From Octopus sinensis (taxonomy: Eukaryota), in assembly GCF_006345805.1 (NCBI RefSeq), contig NC_043000.1:74090001-74154000 (forward strand): a DNA stretch of 64,000 nt, written 5' to 3'. Each line of letters begins with the position of its first letter. The stretch's first letter is position 1. Below, one piece after another: positions 35,154 to 47,296 of this stretch. The notes beneath the pieces were generated by a model. The model saw only the letters and a list, made by a program, of their open reading frames with translations. It did no database searches and was not told where the DNA came from. A program made the position numbers and the translations under genes.

Positions 35154-38100
35154 ACTTGTTAGCTCTTATTTCTTTATTCACCATACGGTTATACATATAA
35201 AGACAGAACATCACGAATGATTTTACGTCAATATGTGTTGGGGTCTATTAAAAATTTACAAATGATTATATAATTCGGATGATAGGACATTTTTTACACA
35301 AACAATTTCACAGATGGAATGGGGCGGGCTTACGGACCCCACGAACCCCGCCCCGACACTGATCTTAGGTTTTTTTTTTTCCTTTTTTTTCCGGCTTACC
35401 TCGCATTCATGAGGGTCCTTTTACTCACAACATTCTTCCATCTTTCATCGAACACTTTCTTACTCAGGCCCCTCCTCTCTAGTTCTATTTGTCTTTTTAG
35501 GTGGAATTTAAAATGTTCCACCAGACTAGAACCAGAGATGAAGTTGCCTGCTATCACCCCTTTCATCCTCGTCTTCCATACTGCCTGTTTCGCAATTGAA
35601 ACCACAGAGAGAAAACAATTCTTACCTTCTTTCGTTAAGAAATTCGGTGGGTCAATTTTTACAATGGATTCAGTCGATAGCTGTACTCTTCCTCCACTTG
35701 ACAACAGTTGTTCGGCAAAAACCCACATGTCTGCCACTTCCGAGCACTGCACGACCGCGTGCGAGACGGTTTCCCTGTCTCGCCCACACCGCGGACAGGT
35801 CGGGCTGACTTGGCCACCGTGCCTTGCGAGTTTATCCCGAACAGGTAAGGCTCCTCGGTAACACTGCCAAGCTAAGGACTTCTGAAAATTATCCAGGGTC
35901 CTCGGCCCAAATGTACGTTGGAACAGACTGGCCAGCTGATTATCGTCGAAACCTAGGGTTTCCCCTAACGTATCATCGCAACCGGCCTCTACAAACCTTC
36001 TATAGAAAACAGCGGTAGACCCACTGCCGCAGGCATTGCCCGAGCGACGGAATAGTCGGAGTACCTTGCGACACTCCGTATACCATGTATCCAACTTCGA
36101 TCTGCGATTATACCAGGCTTCCCGTCCACCAAAACTGGTGAACTTGGGAAGCATCTGTTTCGCCAACGGAGACCACACCCGTTCACCATCCAGATGGAGC
36201 CACAGATGCCTTAACCTCAGCGCATTTCTGCGCATCATTAGCCACGGCATCCCTAGTCCACCCTTTAACGGTTTTTGACAACAAACAGAGCGTCTCACAA
36301 GTGGTTTCGAGTTCTTCCACAAAAAGTGAAAGAGCTGTCTTTCCAACTTGGTCAACCACGAATCCGGACAAGGCACGACGGTAAGGCGGTAGGTGATCAC
36401 CGATGCGATGAACGCATTGGCTACCTCCGCCCTACCTTTCAGGGATAACCACCGCCAAGACCAGGTCTTGGCTACTGCAGCCACCCTGCTCGATACCTCG
36501 CTCCAGTTCTTCTCTATTTGGAGGTCTGGTCCGAACCAAACCCCGAGCAACTTAATCGGACCCTCCGTCCAACGTCCCACGACGCTGTCTGAAGGCATCG
36601 ACTTGCCTCTCCAGGTGCCGAGCTGCAAGCCGACTGACTTTTCGCGATTAACTTTTGCTCCTGTCACCGTCTCGTAAACTTCTATGGCCTTGCCTACTTT
36701 ACGTAGGAGGTCCACTTCAGTCACGATGATAGTGATGTCATCCGCGTACGCCGAAACCGACATTCCACGACCTGGCTGCCTCGGGATGCCACTCAGTTTT
36801 CGCAGCAGCGGCTCGAGAGCCACTACATACAAAAGCGGGGAGGGTGGGCATCCTTGACGAACCGAGCATTTGACTCTGAACGGCTTAGAAATAAAGCCGT
36901 TCACCCGAACTACCGAGTCGACGTTATCGTACATTTCGATGATCCACCTGAGGAAGCCAAGACCCAGGCCGAACTGAGCCAGAACAGACACCAGGTAATG
37001 ATGGTTGACCCTATCGAAAGCTTTTGATTGGTCTAAATGGACCACTGCCCCTCCCTTGCCGGGATCGCTATTAATTCCCTCTATAGTGTATCTAATTAGA
37101 TGGAGATTATCCCGAATGGACCTGCCAGGTACGGCACACGTTTGTGCCTTCCCTATTAGTCCATCCGCGACACGCGCCAATCTGTTCGATAACACTTTGG
37201 CCAAAATCTTCAGCTCTGCGTTAAGCAGAGTGATGGGCCTAAAATTATCAATGACATACCCCTTGTCCGAGTCCTTCCTGATTAGTGTCACCACTCCCCG
37301 GCGCCCAGATCTGGGAATAAACCCATTCTGCTGCCAGTTCGCGTAGACGTTCGCCAGTAAGTCCCCGAACAAGTCCGGCATACTTTTATAAAGCTCGTAG
37401 GGTAGACCATCCAGTCCTGGCGCCTTACCCGCGCCGCAGTCAGCCATGGCCTCTATTACTTCCCCAGGCGTGATCGGCTCCTCAATACACTTCGCGTCCT
37501 GCTCCGAGAGGCGCGGTAGCCCGTCAAGGAGGTCCGTTAGGTCCCTCCTCCTATCCGGTCCGCCGCTCCCCCCAAAGAGCCGGGCGAAGTGGTCCTGAAA
37601 AGCTTCACACATCTCCTCGGGCTCGTCTATCAACTTACCTTGTTGGTTCGTCAAAGATCGAATTGTGGCATCGTTGCCACGTTGGGCTTCCACCACTCGG
37701 GCCCATCTTGCGGCATTAATTCCTTCGCTCCCCATTGCACGTTGTCTAGCCCTGACAATGCAACCCATGTGTTTGGCTTCGAGGTGCTGGTTCAAAACCA
37801 GTCTCTTGACCTTCACCTGGGCTGCCGTGCCAGTTCGCATTGCTTCCTCTAAGTCCTTAACTAGTGCTGATTCCCTTCTAGCCTCTCTAGCTACTAGATC
37901 TATACTATATCTAATGGACTCATATCTGATGGCTCGCTTGAGGGCATACCACCATTTGTTGTTAATTATGGTTCCGGTCAAAGCCCTCTGAATCATTAAC
38001 CTTATCCTGTCACTGTACTCCTTAATCGCCAAAAGGGACGTATTAAGTTTCCAGTAACCAGGACCTCTATTCGTCTTATCTATGTCTAGCCTACAGGTGA

Positions 38101-38992
38101 CCATCTTGTGGTCACTGGAGCTGACCATGTGGAGCTGTGGACTCCTAGCTAGTTTCTTATCTACTTTTCTAATTAATATCCTGTCTATGTATGACTTGAT
38201 AGATCCGTCGCTATTTGACCATGTCTACAATGGAGGGTTCGGATGTTCCAGTCTATATGGATCTACCAGCTCGAAACGTCTTAGTAGATCCTGGAACCAA
38301 GCATTTCCTTTCCTATCTGTTCGCGAGCCCTCACAGTCTACCCGCACATCGTAGACTGTGTTGAAGTCTCCTAAAACAACTAAAGGATGCGATGTACTCA
38401 GAAACTTTCCAAGGTTCCGAAAATAATCACTTTGTTCCCCTTGACTGTGGGGTGCGTAAACCGCAACCAGCCTGATTGTCTTACGACTACTGAACGTCAA
38501 ATCAACGACGACCAGTCTGAAAAAATCAACTTTTTCTCAGAAACCCGGTTCTTTTTACACTGGACCAACACACCGCTTCCGCCGGACGAACGGCTCGGAG
38601 AGATAATTCCCTCGTAACCGCCGAGCAGCGGGAGCAGATTTCTTTGCCCCTTTAATCAGGTTTCTGTGGCAACAACATCTAAATCTCGTGACCTGATGTC
38701 ATTTAGGAGGCGCCCTTGCTTCCAGTTCGACATCAGGCCACGTACATTTATACACCCTACATAAATACGAGACATTACCTACCTTTTAATATAAACATCG
38801 TATAAACATCGTGCAAGTCGAGACGCGGACCTCTGATGTCTTTTGGGTATTCCTCATGTATAATGTTGTAATTTAATCTGTCGATTTTACACACTTCTAC
38901 ATTTTTGAGCAATACCCTGTAAGTTTGAATTTTTTCTGCTGTTGGGGCTTCATTAATAAGTTTCACCAACCTATCGTTATCTTTGTTTATTT
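35154..38992 (-). mobile_element. Tx1-like family B, 5'-truncated within ORF1
   Basis: Highly similar to 22418-26100. Confidence 0.9.
35396..38128 (-). CDS. Tx1-like ORF2 RT portion, 910 aa open (EN N-terminus disrupted)
   Basis: SDH, GYWKLN, RQGCP, YADD and C-terminal CCHC. Confidence 0.9.
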   Translation of the reverse strand: MVSSSDHKMVTCRLDIDKTNRGPGYWKLNTSLLAIKEYSDRIRLMIQRALTGTIINNKWWYALKRAIRYESIRYSIDLVAREARRESALVKDLEEAMRTGTAAQVKVKRLVLNQHLEAKHMGCIVRARQRAMGSEGINAARWARVVEAQRGNDATIRSLTNQQGKLIDEPEEMCEAFQDHFARLFGGSGGPDRRRDLTDLLDGLPRLSEQDAKCIEEPITPGEVIEAMADCGAGKAPGLDGLPYELYKSMPDLFGDLLANVYANWQQNGFIPRSGRRGVVTLIRKDSDKGYVIDNFRPITLLNAELKILAKVLSNRLARVADGLIGKAQTCAVPGRSIRDNLHLIRYTIEGINSDPGKGGAVVHLDQSKAFDRVNHHYLVSVLAQFGLGLGFLRWIIEMYDNVDSVVRVNGFISKPFRVKCSVRQGCPPSPLLYVVALEPLLRKLSGIPRQPGRGMSVSAYADDITIIVTEVDLLRKVGKAIEVYETVTGAKVNREKSVGLQLGTWRGKSMPSDSVVGRWTEGPIKLLGVWFGPDLQIEKNWSEVSSRVAAVAKTWSWRWLSLKGRAEVANAFIASVITYRLTVVPCPDSWLTKLERQLFHFLWKNSKPLVRRSVCCQKPLKGGLGMPWLMMRRNALRLRHLWLHLDGERVWSPLAKQMLPKFTSFGGREAWYNRRSKLDTWYTECRKVLRLFRRSGNACGSGSTAVFYRRFVEAGCDDTLGETLGFDDNQLASLFQRTFGPRTLDNFQKSLAWQCYRGALPVRDKLARHGGQVSPTCPRCGRDRETVSHAVVQCSEVADMWVFAEQLLSSGGRVQLSTESIVKIDPPNFLTKEGKNCFLSVVSIAKQAVWKTRMKGVIAGNFISGSSLVEHFKFHLKRQIELERRGLSKKVFDERWKNVVSKRTLMNAR

Positions 38993-39189
38993 TTTATATT
39001 TACCTAGTTTCAATGGAATATATCCACTTGTTTTCAATAATAGAAATATTAAAATTAAAATGGAGCTGACCATGGCAGCGATTATTCTTATATCTATAAG
39101 AATGCCATATTAATATGGCGATAACAATTAATTTCCAGTAAACGCTGCCATAATCTCTTTTATAGAGACTTAGTAATTTTAATATTTCT

Positions 39190-40080
<891 letters not shown>

Positions 40081-40389
40081 AAAGTAAAATAGGGGTTTGG
40101 TAAAGTACCCAGATTCTCAATATATAAATTCAATTAACTCATTTATTGTATTAAACGGGTGAAGGTAAAGAAATATTTTTACTGTAAATTTATAATACAA
40201 ATAAGACAATAGAGAAACAAATTTAGTTTCTTCATCAACTTTCGGATATTATAAAGTTGGATTATTTATTCTTTTAACAAAATGAGAACCTCAATAGCAT
40301 ACATATATATCTTATAATTCAATACATATCAGATAAGTATACAAATTATAAAAGTCATAATATAAATTATTGAAATCATTAAAATCACT

Positions 40390-40522
40390 TCTTACAGCTG
40401 TTTCATCCTATGGCTAAAAGTAGTTAATTTTATTTTTATTGCCTATAGGTGTCAAGATACTGAGGTTGTAGGCATTTAAGGAATATGGTACTTATATATA
40501 TAACCATAGGCTTCATCAGAGG
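40390..40522 (-). ncRNA. Hammerhead-like motif with long stem II (Penelope remnant)
   Basis: CTGATGA-agcctatggtta...tagccataggat-GAAA-cagctg-TA. The core is intact but stem I is weak. Confidence 0.55.
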
Positions 40523-40628
40523 TTATAAGGAACTTTAAAAATATTAATATTAATACATTAAACATGATACACGTATTATTTAATATATATAAAAAATATG
40601 AACAAATATCTATATAGACATATACATA

Positions 40629-41355
40629 TGTACAGTCACCGGAAGTAACTTGCACGGACACCGGAAATACATCTGCCATCATCAGAGAAAACAAAGCAAA
40701 TACCCCCAGCGACTTGCCTGACCTTTCATTGGACAAAAGCTACCTACCTACCTACCTGGCTAAACATCACTGCTGATATTTTTGTATAAATAGACATCAT
40801 AAATCGCTGTAAAGGCAGTTGGCTTTTTGGCACTCGACTGATGTAAATCGTGTCCCTCTCGCCTGCCACGCTCGCCACTCACGCCGCCTCGAACCTTTGT
40901 ACTGCTATTTCACGCCTGAAATAAATCGCTGGATAAACTTACACCTCTTGTCTGCTCCAGTTTTGCTGATTACGACCACAGTCCTTTTCAGGGCTAATTC
41001 AAGTCTGATCTGAATGCGATAACAGTCCTTTTTAGGACTACTCTCAGATCCGATCTAATTGCGATAACAGTCCTTTTTAGGACTATTCTTGGATCGATCT
41101 AATTGCGATAACAGTCCTTTTTAGGATTACTCTCAGATCCGATCTAATTGCGATAACAGTCCTTTTTAGGACTATTCTTGGATCGATCTAATTGCGATAA
41201 CAGTCCTTTTTAGGATTACTCTCAGATCCGATCTAATTGCGATAACAGTCCTTTTTAGGACTATTCTTGGATCGGATCTAATTGCGATAACCGTCCTTTC
41301 AAGGGCTACCCTCAGATCAGACCAGAAGTAGTGGCCAAGAACCATACCAGCTACA
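40629..41355 (+). repeat. 5' LTR with ~45-bp tandem repeats
   Basis: Matches 45795-45960 plus 52707-53142. The gcgataac-containing unit occurs 7 times here and 4 times in the 3' LTR. Confidence 0.93.
40785..40820 (+). promoter_or_regulatory. Putative LTR core promoter (TATA plus initiator)
   Basis: TATAAATA at 40785 and GCAGTT with its A at 40817, a 32-nt spacing. AATAAA at ~40920. Confidence 0.55.
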
Positions 41356-41357
41356 AT

Positions 41358-41370
41358 TGGTGACCCCGAC
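41358..41370 (+). promoter_or_regulatory. Primer binding site, tRNA-Trp type
   Basis: TGGTGACCCCGAC two nt after the LTR, complementary to the GTCGGGGTCACCA 3' end of tRNA-Trp. Confidence 0.8.
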
Positions 41371-41404
41371 AACGAATCAAGCGAACAGCATATCAAGAAT
41401 CAGC

Positions 41405-42204
41405 ATGGACACGCTAAAACCAACAACAGAGGCCGATATACCAACCACGCAAGCAGCTTTAACCATGAAGGTCCCGGTTTTTTGGTCCAACGACCCAGCC
41501 CTGTGGTTCGTCCACATAGAAGCACAATTCGCCGCGAATAGAATCAAGCACGCGAATAGAATCAAGCACCGCCAGGCACGGTGTCGTACGAAGCTTTCCG
41601 CAAGGAATTAATAATGCGAACTACCGCATCACAGCAGAGACGACTCAACCAACTCGTATCTGCAGAAGAGTTGGGGGACAGAAAACCGTCCCAACTGCTG
41701 CGTAAAATGAGACAGCTGATGGAGGGCCAACCGCTGTTAGAAGAGGTCCTGAAACGGCTTTTTCTACAGCGCCTGCCCTTACCAATGCAGGGCATTCTGG
41801 CGTCGACGAACGACACAGCAACCCCGGAGGAATTTGCGCATGTCGCAGATAGAATCGCTGAGGTGTCAAACCCCTTTTCTTCTGTGGCACAAATCAACCA
41901 TCGGACGAACCCTTTCGAAGCGTCCTCAGACTCTACCTCCGAGATTGCAGAGCTGCGAGCTATGATCAGAGAGCAGGCTGGTCAAATTAAAGCCCTCACA
42001 AACAAGCTAGAAAACTGGACCTTGGAAACACACCGGCGGCGCAGCAACAGTTCATCAAGATCCACTCACCGTCGAAGATCCAGAAGTCCCAGTCAAAATC
42101 GTGTGTCTGGAAACATCTGCTGGTATCACGCAGAATTCGGCGCACGGGCATCTAGGTGCAAGGCCCCGTGCTCTTTTCTGAATACCACCCAGGGAAACGG
42201 GTAG
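41405..42204 (+). pseudogene. Gypsy gag, disrupted
   Basis: PVFW..DPALWF..IEAQF, LGDRKPSQLLRKM, CWYHAEFG..A.RC..PC. Confidence 0.88.
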
Positions 42205-45200
42205 ACCAGGGCCTTGCGACGACGTTCACCCCTGGTACTGAGAAAAAAAATCGTCTGTTTTTTATTAACGACCAAGCGACGGGCATCCGCTATCTCGTGG
42301 ATACAGGAGCCCAGGTTAGTGTTATTCCTGTTTCACTAGTCTCGGGCAAACGACATCCAACACCGTCCTTTCTGCAGGCAGTGAACCGATCATCAATTCC
42401 GACTTTCGGTGAGAAATCACTGACCCTGAATCTAGGCCTGAGGCGTCGTTTCCAGTTCATTTTCATCGTGGCAGACCTACCGATTCCTATCTTAGGAGCC
42501 GATTTTCTCCACCACTTCAACCTTCTGGTGGACATGAAGAACCGGAGGCTTATTGACACCACCACAAACCTCACTGTGAGAGGTATATTTACCACGCAAC
42601 CGACAGTGAGCCCTGTAATCTGTCAGTCAGAGCCTTCGTGTTACAACAGCATACTCCAGAAATATCCAGACATCACTCGCCCGGTATGTAAAGATGGACC
42701 CATTAAACATCGTATCACACATCACATCGAGACACGGGACCACCCACAGCCGCCCGACCAAGGAGACTGCCTCCAGACCGATTGCGAATCGCCAAACAGG
42801 AATTTCAGCACATGCTGGACCTTGGAATCATTCGCCCTTCCTCCAGCAACTGGTCTGCACCTCTACACCTTGTTCCCCAAAAATCAGAGAACGACTGGCG
42901 ACCATGTGGGGATTATCGTGCACTCAACAATACCACAGTACCCGATAATTACCCTGTACCTCACTTGCACGATTTTTCTGCCTCTCTGCAAGGCGCACGC
43001 ATCTTTTCTAAGATAGATTTGGCGCGGGCATATAACCAGATACCTGTGGAGCCTGCTGATATTCCAAAGACGGCAATCACAACACCGTTCCGTTAATTCG
43101 AATTTCTGCGAATGCCGTTCGGTCTGCGCAACGCTGCACAAACTTTTCAACGGTTCATTGACACCGTATTACGTGACCTACCTTTTGTGTACGTGTATAT
43201 CGACGATGTACTAGTAGCAAGTACTTCTAAGCAAGAACACGAGAAGCACTTGGATCTTCTGTTCCAACGTTTGGCCGAGTACGGCATCATCATCAACCCA
43301 AGCAAGTGCGTTCTCGGCGTTCCTTCACTGTCCTTTCTCGGGCACATGATTGATAAAGACGGTATTCGTCCACTTCCTGAGAAAGTAGACGCTATCCGCA
43401 ATTTTCCAGCACCTACATCACTTCGGAAACTACGTGAATTCCTCGGTTTGGTTCATTTTTATAGGCGTTTCATCCCTCATTGTGCTGACGCAGCCCGACT
43501 CCTCACGGACCTTCTTCGCAACCGGACTCGGAAAAATGAAGACATAACGTTGAACGAGGAAGAATTAACATCTTTCAACGGTCTGAAAGAAATGCTGGCA
43601 AACGCTTCCATGCTCGTTTTCCCCAGGTCTGGCGCTCCTCTTTCGCTGCTAGTGGACGCATCAGACATGGGGGTTGGAGGCGTTTTGCAACAATATGTCG
43701 ACGACGTTTGGCAACCCTTATCCTTCTTTTCTAAGCGGTTGCAACCCACTAAAACCAAATATAGTACGTTCGGCCGTGAACTCTTGGCAACCTACCTTTC
43801 AGTGAAGCATTTTCGTCACATGCTCGAAGGATCGGATTTCGTAATCTACACGGACCATAAACCACTAGTTTATGCGTTCCGTACCAAACCGGATCGACAT
43901 TCACCGAGAGAACTTCGCCACTTGGACTTTGTCTCCCAATATTCAACCAATATTCGGCATATCAAGGGATCAGACAACGTAGCAGCTGACGCTCTGTCCC
44001 GAATCCAGCTGAATGCAATACATGTGGATTCAGGCATCGACCTTCATCAAATTGCAGCTGACCAAGAGACTGACGAAGAGTTTATCAAACTCCGAGATTC
44101 GCCATCCCTCAAGTTTCAGCAAGTTCCCATTCGTTCTTCTCCGGGACAAATTTGGTGCGACATTTCTACTGGTCATGAACGACCGTACGTACCACAGATG
44201 CATCGACAACAAGTGTACGGCACCTGGTCAGATGGTTGCTCCCATCTCTCCTCAGGACGTTCCAGACCCAGGATCATACGTACACCGACTTCGTCAATAC
44301 ATGTCTCACCTTGCCCCTGCGAGCACCCGCCAACAGAACACGAACACACATGTACCTGCAGACATTAGTGATTGGACGCACGTTTTTGTTAGAAATGACA
44401 CCATCTCCACTAATTACACTGTTTGTCTCAGCCGGGAATCCGGGCTACACAGAAACTCATTTCTGCTCGTTTTGTGTGGACCAACATTAACAATGACGTG
44501 TGCGACTGGTCCAGGAGCTGCATTGCCTGCCAGAAATCCAAAGTCCACAGACACATCAAAACGCCACTCGGCACATTCGCGCAACCTGATGCACGTTTTC
44601 AGCATGTGCATATCGACATCGTCGGACCTTTACCATCATCACAGAACTGCACTCACTTGCTCACCTGCATTGATCGTTTTTCTATAAGTGATACCTCAGC
44701 GGAAACGGTGGCTAAAACTTTGGTTTTACACTGGGTATCACGTAATGGCGCCCCAGCGAATATAACAACGGACAGAGGACGCCAATTTGATTCCCATCTC
44801 TTCAGGGAACTGACTCGTCTGTTAGGATGTAAACACATCCGCACAACAGCTTATCACCCGCAAGCTAATGGTCTTGTGGAAAGATTCCATCGTCAATTGA
44901 AAGCTGCAATAAAGGCGTACCCAGACAAGACCCATTGGTTTGAATACCTGCCACTCATCCTTCTTGGCATCCGTTCCACCGTTAAGGAACAATTTGGACA
45001 CACACCTGCAGAATTAGTGTACGGCACCTGGTCAGATGGTTGCTCCCATCTCTCCTCAGGACGTTCCAGACCCAGGATCATACGTACACCGACTTCGTCA
45101 ATACATGTCTCACCTTGCCCCTGCGAGCACCCGCCAACAAAACACGAACACACATGTACCTGCAGACATTAGTGATTGGACGCACGTTTTTGTTAGAAAT

Positions 45201-45476
45201 GACACCATCTCCACTAATCTTCAACCTCCATATTCTGGCCCTTACCGTGTCCTAGAAACACACCCAAAATATTTTGTCATCGATCAAAATGGTAAACAGA
45301 ATTCTGTCAGTGTGGACAGATTAAAAAAAGCCATCATGGACACGATTACGGTTTCTACGCCAGAAACTCCAGCAGCTTGCATTCCCAGCAAACCACCTGT
45401 TTCATCTCCAGTCACAAGAAGTGGACGACGTGTCCATTGGCCCGCCAAGTTGGCACAATACGTGAAATATCGTTAA
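42200..45476 (+). pseudogene. Gypsy pol (protease, RT, RNase H, integrase), frameshifted
   Basis: [53 protein letters not shown]. Confidence 0.92.
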
Positions 45477-45794
45477 AACCGAGTTTCACAAGCATGCTTC
45501 TTGCGAAACATTCCTATATTGTTTGTTTCTAATCTTTCCTGCACCATTTGCTCATGTTGTCATTGTCACGAAAAACATTATTTATTACAAACATTATTTA
45601 TTACCGGTAGTTTCTCTGCCCGTGGGACTTTTTGTCACGCAATCCACAGGCAGACCAACCCAAATCCAACAGACTCATTCATCATTTTGTAGTTCATTTT
45701 TATCTGTTAATATATATATATATTTTCTTTTCTCTGACTCATCACTGTACGATTTGTCGCTCTTTTGTTGTACAAAAGATCTGGCAGAGAGCTA

Positions 45795-45960
45795 TGTACA
45801 GTCACCGGAAGTAACTTGCACGGACACCGGAAATACATCTGCCATCACCAGAAAAAACAAAGCAACTACCCCCAGCGACTTGCCTGACCTTTCATTGGAC
45901 AAAAGCTACCTACCTGCCATTCTATTGGACACTGGCTAAACATCACTGCTGTAAACATCA
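45795..45960 (+). repeat. 3' LTR, 5' portion
   Basis: tgtacagtcaccggaag matches 40629. Preceded by purine-rich ggcagagag. Confidence 0.9.
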
Positions 45961-47277
45961 CTGCAGTAGCCAAGACCTGGTCTTGGCAGTGGTTATCCCT
46001 GAAAGGTAGGGCGGAGGTAGCCAATGTGTTTATCGCATCGGTGATCACCTACCGCCTTGCCGTCATGCCTTGTCCGGATTCGTGGTTGACCAAGCTGGAA
46101 AGACAGCTCTTTCACTTCTTGTGGAAGGGCTGGAAACCACTCGTGAGACGCTCTATTTGTTGTCAAAAACCGTTAAAGGGTGGACTAGGGATGCCGAGGC
46201 TAATGATGCGCAGAAATGCGCTGAGGTTAAGGCATTTGTGGCTCCATCTGGATGGTGAACGGGTATGGTCTCCGCTGGCGAAACAGATGTTTCCCAAGTT
46301 CACCAGTTTTGGTGGACGGGAAGCCTGGTATAATCGCAGATCGAAGTTGGATACATGGTATACGGAGTGTCGCAAGGCACTCCGACTATTCCGTCGCTCG
46401 GGCAACGCCTGCGGCAGTGGTTCTACCGCTGTTTTCTATAGAGGTTTTGTAGAGGCCGGTTGCGATGATACGTTAGAAGAAACCCTAGGTTTCGACGATA
46501 ATCAGCTGGCCAGTCTGTTCCAACGTATATTCGGGCCGAGGACCCTGGATAATTTTCAGAAGTTCTTGGCTTGGCAGTGTTACCGAGGAGCCTTAATTGT
46601 TCGGGACAAACTCTCAAGGCACGGTTGGCCAAGTCAGCCCGACCTGTCCGAGGTGTGGGCAAGACAGTGAAACCGTCTTGCACGCGATCGTGCAGTGTTC
46701 GGAGGTGGCAGATATGTGAGTTTTTGCCGAACAACTGTTGTCAAGTGGAGGAGGAGTACAGCTATCGACTGAATCCATTGTAAAAATCAGCCCACCGGAT
46801 TTCTTAACGAAAGAAGGTAAGAATTGTTTTCTCTCTGTGGTTTCAACTGCGAAACAGGTAGTATGGAAGACAAGGATGAAAGGAATGATAACAGGCGACT
46901 TCATCTCTGGTTCTAGTCTGGTGGAATATTTTAAATTCCACCTGAAAAGACAAATAGAACTAGAGAGGAGGGGCCTGAGTAAGAAAGTGTTTGATGAAAG
47001 GTGGAAAAATGTGGTGAATAAAAGGTCCTTCATAAATACGAGATAGGCCGTAAAAGAAAAAGAAAAAAACATATGGTCATGTGTCGTGGCGGGGATCGTG
47101 GGGTCCGTAGACCCGTCCCACTCCATTTGTAAATTTGTCCAAGTAATTGTATCATCATTCGAAAATTGTATAATTATCATCCAATTTTTAATCGACCCCA
47201 AAACGCATTTTAATGTAAAAATCATTCGTGATTGTTTTGTCCTCTCTGTGTAGCCCTTTATGGGTAATAAAGAAAAA
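45961..47277 (+). mobile_element. Tx1-like family B, 5'-truncated
   Basis: ORF2 C-terminal pieces 46026-47046. 3' UTR ends aataaagaaaaa. Confidence 0.9.
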
Positions 47278-47296
47278 GCAGTTGGCTTTTGGGCAC

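Noticed and set aside
4761-39000. Uni-strand piRNA cluster suggested by the minus-strand bias
   Set aside because: Repeated oriented insertion at one site explains most of the bias. Small-RNA data would be needed to test it.
40970-41320. Regular ~45-bp repeats resembling a CRISPR array
   Set aside because: There are no unique spacers and no cas genes. It is a tandem repeat inside a eukaryotic LTR.
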